A stretch of 21,752 nucleotides of DNA. Origin: an uncultured Acetobacteraceae bacterium. Its GTDB lineage: Bacteria; Pseudomonadota; Alphaproteobacteria; Acetobacterales; Acetobacteraceae. The notes under the pieces are model-generated. The model saw only the letters and a list, made by a program, of their open reading frames with translations. It ran no database searches and had not been told where the DNA came from. The stretch covers positions 1 through 21,752 of the forward strand of contig CAXTVS010000054.1 of NCBI GenBank assembly GCA_964247735.1, in the 5' to 3' direction. Of the stretch, positions 8,846-17,662 are shown piece after piece. The position numbers and the translations under genes were made by a program. Position 1 is the stretch's first letter, and each line of letters starts with the position of its first letter.

Positions 8846-10024
8846 ATGGCTGACAGGGACATCGTGATCGTCGGCGCGGCGCGCACGCCGGTCGGCAGCT
8901 TCAACGGCGCCTTCGCGGCCACGGCGGCGCACCTGCTGGGTGCGGCTGCGATCGGCGCGGCGCTGCGGCGCGCCGAGGTGGCGCCGGCCGAAGTGGATGA
9001 GGTGATCCTGGGTCAGGTTCTGACCGCCGCCCAGGGCCAGAACCCGGCACGCCAAGCGGCTCTTGCCGCAGGGCTGCCGCAGGAAGCCACCGCCTGGGGC
9101 ATCAACCAGGTGTGCGGTTCCGGCCTGCGCTCGGTGGCGCTCGGCATGCAGCAGGTCGCCGCCGGCGACGCGTCGGTGGTTGTTGCCGGCGGCCAGGAAA
9201 GCATGAGCCTGGCGCCGCACGCTGCCCACATGCGGGCGGGGCGGAAGATGGGCTCGATGTCCCTGGTCGACACCATGGTCGTGGACGGGCTGTGGGACGC
9301 CTTCAACGACTACCACATGGGCAACACGGCGGAGAACATCGCCACGCGCTGGCAGATCGGGCGGGCGGAGCAGGATGCGTTCGCCGCGCGGTCGCAGAAC
9401 AAGGCGGAGGCGGCGCGGGCGGCGGGCCGCTTCCGCGACGAGATCGTGCCGGTGACGGTCGGCAGCCGGCAGGGCGCGCGGCTTGTCGACGAGGACGAGC
9501 ACATCCGGCCGGGAACGACGATCGACGGCTTGTCGAAGCTGAAGCCCGCCTTCGACGGGACGGGCACCGTCACCGCCGGCAACGCGTCGGGCCTCAACGA
9601 CGGGGCCGCGGCCGTGGTGCTGATGACGGCGTCCGAGGCGGCGCGGCGCGGCCTCCTGCCGCTGGCGCGGATCGCGTCCTGGGCGACGGCGGGGGTCGAT
9701 CCCGCCTTCATGGGCACCGGGCCGGTCCCGGCCTCCCGCAGGGCGCTGGAGAAGGCCGGCTGGACCGTCGACGACCTCGATCTGGTCGAGTCCAACGAGG
9801 CGTTCGCAGCCCAGGCGTGCATGATCAACCACGAGATGGGCTGGGACCCGTCGATCGTGAACGTCAACGGCGGCGCCATCGCCATCGGCCACCCGATCGG
9901 CGCGTCGGGCGCCAGGGTGCTGGTGACGCTGCTGCACGAGATGCGTCGCCGGGACGCGGCGCGCGGCCTGGTGACCCTGTGCATCGGCGGCGGCATGGGC
10001 GTCGCGATGACGCTGGAGCGTTGA
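8846..10024 (+). CDS. Acetyl-CoA C-acetyltransferase (acetoacetyl-CoA thiolase, thiolase II; PhaA/AtoB-type).
   Basis: The product is 392 aa. The N-terminus reads IVIVGAARTPVGSFNGAF. The catalytic-Cys region reads INQVCGSGLRSV. The motif GQVLTAAQGQNPARQAALAAGLP is of the biosynthetic/acetoacetyl-CoA type rather than the PcaF/PaaJ type. The C-terminus reads GLVTLCIGGGMGVAMTLER. GAGGA lies 9 nt upstream of ATG 8846. Confidence 0.92.
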   Translation: MADRDIVIVGAARTPVGSFNGAFAATAAHLLGAAAIGAALRRAEVAPAEVDEVILGQVLTAAQGQNPARQAALAAGLPQEATAWGINQVCGSGLRSVALGMQQVAAGDASVVVAGGQESMSLAPHAAHMRAGRKMGSMSLVDTMVVDGLWDAFNDYHMGNTAENIATRWQIGRAEQDAFAARSQNKAEAARAAGRFRDEIVPVTVGSRQGARLVDEDEHIRPGTTIDGLSKLKPAFDGTGTVTAGNASGLNDGAAAVVLMTASEAARRGLLPLARIASWATAGVDPAFMGTGPVPASRRALEKAGWTVDDLDLVESNEAFAAQACMINHEMGWDPSIVNVNGGAIAIGHPIGASGARVLVTLLHEMRRRDAARGLVTLCIGGGMGVAMTLER

Positions 10025-10093
10025 CCCGTCTTTTCCCCCAAGCCTGTCGCCGCCCCCGCCGGGGCCGAGCCGATGCCAAGGTCGGACTGCACC

Positions 10094-10804
10094 ATGATGA
10101 CCAAGACCTATCCTGACGCGGACGCGGCGCTCGACGGCCTGCTGTCCGACGGCATGCTGATCGCCGCCGGCGGCTTCGGGCTGTGCGGCATCCCCGAGCG
10201 GCTGATCGCCGCGATCGAGCGGGCCGGCACCAGGCGCCTGCGCATTGCCTCCAACAACGCCGGCATCGACGGCGTCGGGCTCGGCCGCCTGCTTCGCTCG
10301 CGCCAGGTGGCGATGATGATCAGCTCCTATGTTGGGGAGAACAAGGAGTTCGAGCGCCAGTACCTGGCCGGCGAGCTGGAGGTGGAGTTCTGTCCGCAGG
10401 GGACGCTGGCCGAGCGGATGCGCGCCGGCGGTGCCGGCATCCCCGGCTTCTACACGCGCACCGGCGTCGGCACGCTGGCCGCCGAGGGCAAGGAGCACAA
10501 GACGTTCGGGGACCAGGTCTGCATCCTCGAGCGCGGCATCTTCGCCGACCTCGCGATCGTCAAGGCCTGGAAGGCCGACGGGACGGGCAACCTGGTGTTC
10601 CGCAAGACCGCGCGCAACTTCAACGTTCCCGCAGCCATGTGCGGGCGCGTCACGGTGGCGGAGGTGGAGGAGATCGTGCCCACCGGCACGCTTGATCCGG
10701 ACGGCGTGCACCTGCCGGGCGTGTTCGTGCAGCGCATCGTCTGCGGCGCGCCCTACGACAAGCGGATCGAGTTCCGCACGACCCGCTCGAGGGAGGTCGC
10801 CTGA
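10094..10804 (+). CDS. scoA: 3-oxoacid (succinyl-CoA:acetoacetate) CoA-transferase, subunit A.
   Basis: The protein is collinear, from memory, with B. subtilis ScoA and other ScoA/AtoD proteins: [93 protein letters not shown]. The start is placed at ATGATG 10094 by N-terminal alignment. ATG 10073 is possible but has no RBS. The stop overlaps the next start (TGATG). Confidence 0.88.
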   Translation: MMTKTYPDADAALDGLLSDGMLIAAGGFGLCGIPERLIAAIERAGTRRLRIASNNAGIDGVGLGRLLRSRQVAMMISSYVGENKEFERQYLAGELEVEFCPQGTLAERMRAGGAGIPGFYTRTGVGTLAAEGKEHKTFGDQVCILERGIFADLAIVKAWKADGTGNLVFRKTARNFNVPAAMCGRVTVAEVEEIVPTGTLDPDGVHLPGVFVQRIVCGAPYDKRIEFRTTRSREVA

Positions 10805-11448
10805 TGCCCTGGACCCGCGACCAGATGGCCGCGCGCGCGGCCGGCGAGCTGCGCGACGGCTACACCGTCAACCTGGGCATCGGCATCCCGACCCTGGTGG
10901 CCAACAACATCCCTGCCGGCATGACGGTGACGCTACAGAGCGAGAACGGCATGCTGGGGATCGGTCCGTTCCCCTACGAGGACGAGGTGGATGCCGACCT
11001 GATCAACGCAGGCAAGCAGACCATCAGCGAGCTGCCCTCGTCGTCCTACTTCTCGTCCGCCGACAGCTTCGCGATGATCCGCGGCGGCCACATCGACCTC
11101 ACCGTGCTGGGGGCGATGGAGGTGGCCGAGACCGGCGACATCGCCAACTGGATGATCCCGGGGAAGATGGTGAAGGGAATGGGCGGCGCCATGGACCTGG
11201 TCGCGGGCGTCAGGAAGGTCATCGTGGTGATGGAGCACAACGCGAAGAACGGCGAGCCGAAGTTCGTGCCGCGCTGCACCCTGCCGCTCACCGGTCTGAA
11301 CGTGGTCGACATGATCGTCACCGACCTTTGCGTCTTCCGGCGGCCCGACCGCACACGCCCGTTCCGCCTGATCGAGCTGGCACCAGGAACCACGCAGGAC
11401 GAGGTCGCCGCACGCACGACCGCGCATTATGAAACGAGAATTGGCTGA
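10804..11448 (+). CDS. scoB: 3-oxoacid CoA-transferase, subunit B.
   Basis: The protein matches the ScoB/AtoA family, from memory of B. subtilis ScoB: [71 protein letters not shown] and [14 protein letters not shown]. The catalytic Glu sits in LQSENG. The gene is translationally coupled to scoA. Confidence 0.9.
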   Translation: MPWTRDQMAARAAGELRDGYTVNLGIGIPTLVANNIPAGMTVTLQSENGMLGIGPFPYEDEVDADLINAGKQTISELPSSSYFSSADSFAMIRGGHIDLTVLGAMEVAETGDIANWMIPGKMVKGMGGAMDLVAGVRKVIVVMEHNAKNGEPKFVPRCTLPLTGLNVVDMIVTDLCVFRRPDRTRPFRLIELAPGTTQDEVAARTTAHYETRIG

Positions 11449-11559
11449 CAGGACCTGATCCGCTGACGATACGGGCAATTTAGCCGCTCGTCCGCGTTCG
11501 GCCCGGCGGAACTCCGTACGCGTCAACTACCGGCCGAACTGACGCAGCCGTGTGCGAAG

Positions 11560-11598
11560 TTGAAAGCCGTCGACTGGTCGAGAAAGGATCATTATAGA
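11560..11598 (+). promoter_or_regulatory. Candidate promoter/operator patch upstream of the MFS transporter gene.
   Basis: TTGAAA lies at 11560-11565. The perfect 12-bp palindrome TCGACTGGTCGA lies at 11570-11581. An AT-rich TATAGA lies at 11593-11598. This is unusually AT-rich for this genome. The hexamer spacing is not canonical, so no precise -35/-10 assignment is made. Confidence 0.25.
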
Positions 11599-11632
11599 AG
11601 CTGTAACGATCAAAACAGGACGGGGAAGAACG

Positions 11633-12865
11633 ATGCGCGATGTCTTGATGACGGGAGCTCCGGGCGACGTCGCGGAGTTGGATCACGACTGGCTGGCGGT
11701 CATTGCCGCCTCGATCGGCCTGATTTTCAGCGCCGGCACCCTGACGATCTATTCCTTCGGCGTGTTCGTGCATCCTCTGCACGCGCAGTTCGGCTGGAGC
11801 CGCACCCAGCTCGGGGGCGCCGTCGCGATCTCGCAGCTTGGACTGGCGGTGGCATCGCCGCTGTGGGGCTCGGCGATCGATCGCCTCGGCCCGCGGATCG
11901 TGCTGCTGGTCTCGGTGGTAATGATCTCGCTCCTGATCGCATCGCTGTCGCTGCTCACCCCGCATCTGTGGCATCTGTATCTGGCGTACGGCGCCATCCC
12001 GTTCCTGGCGGCCGGCGCCTCGCCGCTTGGCTATTCCGCCGTCCTGATCCGGCGCTTCGAACGCCATCTCGGTCTGGCGCTGGGCCTGGCAACCATGGGC
12101 GTCGGTTTAGGCGCCACCCTGCTTCCTCTCATTGCGCAGATCCTGGTCGGAACCTTCGGCTGGCGCGACGCCTACGCGATCATCGGCGTGATCACCGTGG
12201 TGATCGGTATACCGGCCGCCCTGGTCACCACGCGTCACGTGCGCGGTCCGGTGGCGCGCCGGAGCGACGTCGCCGCGCCGCCGGTCATGCCGCTGATGCG
12301 GACCGGGACCTTTATCCTGCTGTGCACGGTGTTCTTCCTGCTAGGCATCACCACCGTCGGCGTGCTGGCGCAGCTGGTGCCGATGATGATCGACCGCGGC
12401 TTCTCTCCGCCGGCGGCGGCCCGGATGGCGGCCCTGACCGGCCTCGCGGCGCTGGTCAGCCGGGGCGGCATCGGCTGGGTGCTGGACCGGGCGCAGGCGC
12501 CGCGCGTGGTCGCAGCCATCGCGGTGCTGGCTGCCGTCTCCTTCCTGCTGCTGGTGTTCGGCCCGACCCACGGCGCGAGCTACTTCGCGGTCGTGCTGCT
12601 GGGGGGAGCCATTGGCGCCGAGGTGAACTTCATCGCCTACCTGACCCGCCGCCACTTCCCGCAGATGGTGTACGGCCGCCTCTACGGCGTCGAGTTCGGC
12701 ATCTACCTCGTCGGCGGCGGGATCGGGCCGCTGCTGCTCGGGCTGAGCTTCGATCACATGGGCGGCTACACCCCAAGCCTGCTGCTATTCACCGTTCTGG
12801 TCCTAATCGCGGCCGGCTTCGCGCTGCGGATCCCGAGGCATGGCCTCCTCGCCGGCTCGCGTTGA
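11633..12865 (+). CDS. Major facilitator superfamily (MFS) transporter, 12-TMS type. Substrate unknown.
   Basis: The product is 410 aa, with ~12 hydrophobic segments arranged 6+6 around a central charged loop (TTRHVRGPVARRSDVAAPPVMPLMRTG). An MFS-like motif follows TMS2 (GSAIDRLGPRIVLL). The RBS is GGGGAAG. Confidence 0.85.
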   Translation: MRDVLMTGAPGDVAELDHDWLAVIAASIGLIFSAGTLTIYSFGVFVHPLHAQFGWSRTQLGGAVAISQLGLAVASPLWGSAIDRLGPRIVLLVSVVMISLLIASLSLLTPHLWHLYLAYGAIPFLAAGASPLGYSAVLIRRFERHLGLALGLATMGVGLGATLLPLIAQILVGTFGWRDAYAIIGVITVVIGIPAALVTTRHVRGPVARRSDVAAPPVMPLMRTGTFILLCTVFFLLGITTVGVLAQLVPMMIDRGFSPPAAARMAALTGLAALVSRGGIGWVLDRAQAPRVVAAIAVLAAVSFLLLVFGPTHGASYFAVVLLGGAIGAEVNFIAYLTRRHFPQMVYGRLYGVEFGIYLVGGGIGPLLLGLSFDHMGGYTPSLLLFTVLVLIAAGFALRIPRHGLLAGSR

Positions 12866-12989
12866 GCGGAAGCCCTGCAGCGTGGGTCTGCATCATCGAA
12901 CCTCAGGGATCGAAGAAGACAAACGTGTTCACGACGAGCAGGGGTTCCGGCCGTTGACGATGCGGGCGCCTGGATTTTTGGAAGACAGA

Positions 12990-14600
12990 ATGGCAGAAAC
13001 GTCTAGTAGCTTTCGGAACGACCGGCCTACGGGGCGGCGCGGATGGCGTCGTTCGCTGCTCGCCGCCATGACCCTGGCCGCCGCTGCCTTCGTTCCGGTC
13101 GCAGCCCGATCGGCAAGAGCGGATGCGCCAGCAACTGTGGCCGGCGACTTGGTTCTGGACGGCGTCACGATCGTCGATACCCGCACCGGTGCGCTTGCGC
13201 CGAACATGGCGGTCGTGGTGTCGGGCGGCAGGATCGCGCAGATCCTGCGCGCGCCCGTCGCCGTCGGTGCCTCGACCAGGCTGGTCGAGGCACAGGGCAA
13301 GTTCGTGGTGCCGGGCTTCAACGACTTGCACGCCCATCCTCTGGGCGACCCCGACCCGTCGAGCAGCCTCATCATGCTGCTGGTCAACGGAGTCACCGGC
13401 GTCCGTCAGATGTCAGGATCGCCGGAAATGCTGATGGACCGGAAGAACGGCAAGCTGCCCTCCGCCGGCGCGGCACCGGAGATCCTGGCGATGCCCGGGG
13501 CCATCTTCACCCGCCAGAACGCGCCCACCCCGGAGGCCGGCGTCGCGGAGGTGGACAGGCAGAAGACGGAAGGGGCGGACTTCATCAAGGTGGTTGATGT
13601 CTCGCCGTCGACCTTCTTTGCCGTTGGCGCGGAGGCGAAGAAGGTCGGGCTGCCGTTCGAGGGACATCTTCCCAACGGGGTTGATGCGGTCAAGGCCGCC
13701 GCGGCGGGCTACCGCTCGATTGAGCATCTGGGACCGTTCGACACGCTGCTAATCTCGTGCTCGACCGACGAGGACGCAATCCGCGCCTCGGTCGCTAGGC
13801 TGCCGGTGGCCAGCATCCCGTCCTTCATCCCCGGCTTCATGGTGCGCAAGATCGTCCGTGCGGCGATTTCCGAGCCGCTTCTTGCACGGGTAAAGTCCGA
13901 CCCGACCACGATCTCCCGGCTGCAGCACGTCGTCGACACCTTCAGCGAAGCCAAGTGCCGCAAGGTGGTGCAGGAGCTTTCGGCCAGTGGAACCTGGCAG
14001 GCGCCGACCCTGATCCGCGACCGCACAATGGATTTCGGTGACGATCCGGTCTACCGCAACGACCCGAACCTCCGCTACGTGGCGTCGCCGACGCGCGAGT
14101 TCTGGTTCGGACTGGCCCAGCGCTACTCGACCACGATCACGCCAAGCGACAAGGCCACGCTGTCGCAGTTCTGGAACCTGCAGCTCAAGCTGCTCAAGCT
14201 GCTCGACCAGTCGAACACGCCGATGATGGCTGGGTCGGATCTGGGCGGACAATGGGAAATACCGGGCTTCAGCCTGCACCAGGAATTCGACCTGCTGGCA
14301 CAGAACGGCATCGCGCCATTGAAGGTCCTGCAGATGACCACCCTCAACGGCGCCAGGTTCTTCGGCCGCGAGGCGAGCATGGGCACCGTCGAGCAGGGCA
14401 AGAACGCCAACCTGGTGTTGCTCGATGCCAACCCGATGGAGAGCGTCCAGAACCTGCACAGGATCGACGGCGTGGTTCGCGCCGGGACCTACTATTCGCG
14501 GCACGATCTCGACGCGATGAAGCAGATGGTGGAACAGCGGCTGGCATCCGGCGCGCTCGACGCCCAGTCCGAGGCGATTCCGGGTGGTGACAGCCGATAG
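12990..14600 (+). CDS. Metal-dependent amidohydrolase-superfamily hydrolase (TIM-barrel, PF01979/PF07969-like), with a Tat signal peptide that probably exports it to the periplasm.
   Basis: The N-terminus carries a twin-arginine motif followed by a hydrophobic region and an AxA site: GRRGWRRSLLAAMTLAAAAFVPVAARSARA|DAPA. The amidohydrolase N-terminal beta-sandwich (VDTRTGALAPNMAVVVSGGRIAQIL) and the HxH metal motif (VVPGFNDLHAHPL) are present. So is the conserved C-terminal EQGKNANLVLLDANP. The start is set at ATG 12990 (MAETSS). ATG 12960 and ATG 12840 are in-frame alternatives. Confidence 0.85.
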   Translation: MAETSSSFRNDRPTGRRGWRRSLLAAMTLAAAAFVPVAARSARADAPATVAGDLVLDGVTIVDTRTGALAPNMAVVVSGGRIAQILRAPVAVGASTRLVEAQGKFVVPGFNDLHAHPLGDPDPSSSLIMLLVNGVTGVRQMSGSPEMLMDRKNGKLPSAGAAPEILAMPGAIFTRQNAPTPEAGVAEVDRQKTEGADFIKVVDVSPSTFFAVGAEAKKVGLPFEGHLPNGVDAVKAAAAGYRSIEHLGPFDTLLISCSTDEDAIRASVARLPVASIPSFIPGFMVRKIVRAAISEPLLARVKSDPTTISRLQHVVDTFSEAKCRKVVQELSASGTWQAPTLIRDRTMDFGDDPVYRNDPNLRYVASPTREFWFGLAQRYSTTITPSDKATLSQFWNLQLKLLKLLDQSNTPMMAGSDLGGQWEIPGFSLHQEFDLLAQNGIAPLKVLQMTTLNGARFFGREASMGTVEQGKNANLVLLDANPMESVQNLHRIDGVVRAGTYYSRHDLDAMKQMVEQRLASGALDAQSEAIPGGDSR

Positions 14601-14730
14601 GCGCGGACGTCGCGCGACTCGGCCGCAGGGGAAGAGCCTTATAAGGTCCGGCCAATCCGTCGCCGGCAACGCAGGGGCAACGCGATGCGACCACAGCCCG
14701 ACTGACCGACAACCCTGGAGGTTCGAGCCG

Positions 14731-16593
14731 GTGCGCTTGGCGACTTTGACTTCCCTCACCTTGGAAGGACGACAGGACCTCCGGCCCGCCGTTGCCACCG
14801 GGCTCGGAGGCGTCCTGTTCCTGGTTGCGGCCGCGGCATTCCGATCCGGCGCGGCAGGGGCGATGTCGGACAGTGTTGCCGCGTCGCTGGGCATCGCCAC
14901 CTCCGGATGTGCCGCCGCGGTCTTGATGGTCAGGGCGCGCGTCATCCTGCTTCGGGCGGAGCACGAGGCGGCGCCTGCTGCGGCTGCGAACCGGAGGGCT
15001 AAGGCGCTGCGCCTGCGCGCCGGCCGTCTGGGCGGCTGGCAGCAGACGGCGCTCGGCGGCCTGATCGCGGCTGCCAGCACCTGGGCTGGAGCGTCCGCTC
15101 TCCTTCACGACACGAGCTGGAATGGTGGAACGGGGCAGGCAACGGCCGGTGGGATCGCGTTGCTGGTGGGCTCCTTCGCGCTTCTGGTGGTCGAGCGCCA
15201 TCTCGCGGCCCTCGCCCCGGTCGTCCTGCCGGAAGCGCCTGTCCTCGCCTGCCTGATCCGGGTGCCGATCGCGGTATCGGCGCTTTGCGGCGTCGGCTGC
15301 CTGATGCTCGGTGCAGGGATCGGCCTCGGCCGTCATGCCGGCCCGGCCTCGGCGATTCTTTGCCTCCCTGTGGCCGCCGAAATCGTCATCCGCGCCCTGG
15401 CGACTATGTTCGTGCCGTTCCCGCCGCCGGACGAAGCCCGGATGACGGTCCGGAGCGCGATCGCCGGCGCGATCGCCCTGCGACGTCCGCCGCCCGACGC
15501 GATGCGCGACCTGTTCGGCATCGATCTGTCGTACAGTTGTGCGCTCGCGTTCGTCCGCGCAGCCCTCGTGCCGGTGACGGCGGTGCTGGCGCTGATCGGG
15601 TGGGCGCTGTCCGGCGTCGAGGCCCTGCACCTAGACCAGCGCGGCGTCTATGAGCGGTTCGGCCAGCCGGTCGTGGTATTCGGCCCCGGACTGCACCTCC
15701 ATCTGCCCTGGCCGATCGGGCGGCTGCGTCCGGTGGAGTTCGGCGTGCTGCACGACGTTCCCGTCGCGTTCGCAGCTGGCGGGGGTCCAGCCGCGACCAC
15801 GTCGGCCCCGCCGGCGGCGGAGGCGGATCCTGGGCCTGCCGAGGACCGGCTCTGGAACGGAACCCGCGCCTCCGAAAGCGCCTACCTCGTCGCCAGCCTG
15901 TCGCGCGGCCGGCAGAGCTTCGAGAGCCTCGACATCGGCCTGCGCGTGGTCTACCGCGTCGGCCTGTCCGACGCCGCGGCGCTGGAGGCTGCCTTCGCCG
16001 TCGGCGATCCGCAGCGCCTAGTCCAGGCCAGGACCAGCCGGCTGCTGGCGCGCTACGTCGCCCACCACACCCTGCCGGACATGCTGGGATCCGGCCGCGC
16101 CGGCTTCGCGCGCGACATCGCCACGTCGCTGCAGGACGGGCTCGATGCCAGCCGGACCGGCCTGCAGGTGATGGCGATCGTGGTCGAGGCGATCCATCCG
16201 CCGGCCGGTGCCGCTGAGGCCTATCACGCCGTGCAGGCGGCCGAGGTCAACCGCCACACGACCATCGCCGAGCAGCAGGCAGAGTCGGCGCAGGCCGAGA
16301 TCGATGCGAGGCGCGACGCGACCAATGTCGCCAACGCCGCCGCGGCGAACGCTCGCGACGCGGTAGTCGATGCCGAGGTGGGCGCCACCGCGTTCGCCGC
16401 CGACCGCACCGCGGACGCGCGCAGCCCGGCCTCCTTCATCCTGGAGCGCCGCCTCGACAAGCTCGCGAGCGGGCTCGCGCACCGGAGGCTGCTGATCGTG
16501 GACCATCGCTTGGGAACGGCCGGCGTGCTGCTCGACCTGCGCTCTTCCGGCGGCGGCGCGATGCTTCTGCCGCCGCGCAGCCGCGAGCCATAG
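14731..16593 (+). CDS. HflK/HflC-like SPFH (band-7) protein fused to a ~280-aa polytopic N-terminal membrane domain of unknown family (SPFH-A).
   Basis: The proposed start is GTG 14731, 10 nt downstream of GGAGG (14716-14720). Residues 1 to ~280 contain about 6 hydrophobic helices (for example GLGGVLFLVAAAAF, IALLVGSFALLVV, LIRVPIAVSALCGVGCLMLGAGIGLG, ILCLPVAAEIVIRALATMFVPF). GC3 is high in this frame only. Next comes the canonical SPFH anchor and entry, LVPVTAVLALIGWALSGVEALHLDQRGVYERFGQPVVVFGPGLHLHLPWPI. An Ala-rich coiled-coil follows, then an HflK-like C-terminus FILERRLDKLASGLAHRRLLIVD. Confidence 0.8.
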   Translation: MRLATLTSLTLEGRQDLRPAVATGLGGVLFLVAAAAFRSGAAGAMSDSVAASLGIATSGCAAAVLMVRARVILLRAEHEAAPAAAANRRAKALRLRAGRLGGWQQTALGGLIAAASTWAGASALLHDTSWNGGTGQATAGGIALLVGSFALLVVERHLAALAPVVLPEAPVLACLIRVPIAVSALCGVGCLMLGAGIGLGRHAGPASAILCLPVAAEIVIRALATMFVPFPPPDEARMTVRSAIAGAIALRRPPPDAMRDLFGIDLSYSCALAFVRAALVPVTAVLALIGWALSGVEALHLDQRGVYERFGQPVVVFGPGLHLHLPWPIGRLRPVEFGVLHDVPVAFAAGGGPAATTSAPPAAEADPGPAEDRLWNGTRASESAYLVASLSRGRQSFESLDIGLRVVYRVGLSDAAALEAAFAVGDPQRLVQARTSRLLARYVAHHTLPDMLGSGRAGFARDIATSLQDGLDASRTGLQVMAIVVEAIHPPAGAAEAYHAVQAAEVNRHTTIAEQQAESAQAEIDARRDATNVANAAAANARDAVVDAEVGATAFAADRTADARSPASFILERRLDKLASGLAHRRLLIVDHRLGTAGVLLDLRSSGGGAMLLPPRSREP

Positions 16594-16601
16594 GAGCGGA
16601 C

Positions 16602-17660
16602 GTGTCTGGACATCGTCACCATGACCATGAGCACATTCATGGCGATCACCATGGTCACCGGCACGCGGTGCCAGAGGACGTTCCGGCGCGGCTACGCTGC
16701 ACCGGCCCTTTGATCGTTGTAGCTCTGATCGCGCTCCTGACCTTTTCCGCCACCTGCCTGACCGTCGTGGAACCGGGCCAGGCGGTGGTGCTGACCGCAT
16801 TCGGCGCACCGGTGCGGGTGATGACCGAGCCGGGCCTGACGCTGCGCTGGCCAGCGCCGTTTGAGGCGGTCGTGCCAGTCGATGTCCGACTGCGCACCAC
16901 GTCCACCGGCCTGCACGACGTCGGCACGCGCGACGGCCTACGCATCCTGGTGCAGGCCTATGTCGAGTGGCGGGTGCCCCCGGATGCCGGCCGCGTCGTC
17001 CAGTACCTCCAGGCGGTGCGCAACGCGCCGGACGAGGCGGCCGAGCAGCTGCGCAGCTACCTGGGGTCGTCGCTGGAGATCGTGGCGGCGCGCTACGACC
17101 TGTCGCAGCTGGTCAACACCGATCCGTCCAGGGTGCGGCTCGACGCGTTCGAGGACGTCCTCAAGGCCCACCTTCAGGCGCAGGTGCTCGCCGGATATGG
17201 AATCAGCATTCTGCATGTCGGGATCGAGCGCCTGACATTGCCGGGCGACACGTTGGAGGCAACCGTCACGCGCATGACGGCGGAGCGCAACACAGTTGCC
17301 GCACGCATCAACGCGGAGGGCGAGCGGGCCGCGTCGGAGATCGAATCGGACGCCTCGCGCGACGCACGGATCGTGGCCGCCAACGCGCGCGCCGAGGCGG
17401 CGCGGGTGGAGGCCAGGGCGGGGCTGCAGGCAGCCGACATCTATGCCGCCGCCTATAGCAGCGCGCCCGGGCTCTACACTCTGCTGCGCTCGCTCGACAT
17501 GCTGGGAACGGTGGTCGGGGACAACACGCGGCTGGTGCTGCGGACCGATGCCGCGCCGTTCGGTGCCTTCGTTTCCGGTCCGTCCGTCATGGCCCCAGCC
17601 GCCGCTTCAGACACCGTGCCGGGCGCTGCGCCAGCTCCGGCGTCGGGCCGGAAACGCTAG
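16602..17660 (+). CDS. HflC-like SPFH (band-7) protein with a His-rich N-terminal cytoplasmic tail (SPFH-B).
   Basis: The GTG start is 9 nt after the SPFH-A stop, and AGGAG overlaps that stop. The N-terminus reads (M)SGHRHHDHEHIHGDHHGHRHAVPEDVPARLR, with 11 His in 18 residues. A single TM follows (LIVVALIALLTFSATCLTVV). The SPFH core reads VEPGQAVVLTAFGAPVRVMTEPGLTLRWPAPFEAVVPVDVRL. An Ala/Arg-rich coiled-coil follows (ERNTVAARINAEGERAASEIE...ARAEAARVEARAG). The C-terminus is HflC-like (PGLYTLLRSLDMLGTVVGDNTRLVLRTD). Confidence 0.85.
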   Translation: MSGHRHHDHEHIHGDHHGHRHAVPEDVPARLRCTGPLIVVALIALLTFSATCLTVVEPGQAVVLTAFGAPVRVMTEPGLTLRWPAPFEAVVPVDVRLRTTSTGLHDVGTRDGLRILVQAYVEWRVPPDAGRVVQYLQAVRNAPDEAAEQLRSYLGSSLEIVAARYDLSQLVNTDPSRVRLDAFEDVLKAHLQAQVLAGYGISILHVGIERLTLPGDTLEATVTRMTAERNTVAARINAEGERAASEIESDASRDARIVAANARAEAARVEARAGLQAADIYAAAYSSAPGLYTLLRSLDMLGTVVGDNTRLVLRTDAAPFGAFVSGPSVMAPAAASDTVPGAAPAPASGRKR

Positions 17661-17662
17661 GG

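Noticed and set aside
8819-10711. A 630-aa minus-strand ORF opposite the thiolase and scoA.
   Set aside because: It is antisense to strongly conserved thiolase and CoA-transferase frames. It has low-complexity R/G/A/P composition and no RBS.
14584-14730. The upstream ATG (14584) as the start of SPFH-A, giving a 669-aa protein.
   Set aside because: It has no RBS. It overlaps the amidohydrolase 3' end by 17 nt. The first 49 codons are hydrophilic Arg-rich filler. GTG 14731 with a consensus GGAGG is preferred.
14716-14730. GGAGGTTCGAGCCGG, which resembles a tRNA T-arm (GGTTCGA..CC).
   Set aside because: There is no acceptor-stem or anticodon-arm complement around it. It is the ribosome-binding site of SPFH-A.
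13749-15630. Two long minus-strand ORFs (443 aa and 428 aa) across the amidohydrolase and SPFH-A genes.
   Set aside because: They are antisense shadows with Arg-rich junk composition. The plus-strand frames carry clear amidohydrolase and SPFH motifs and a high GC3.
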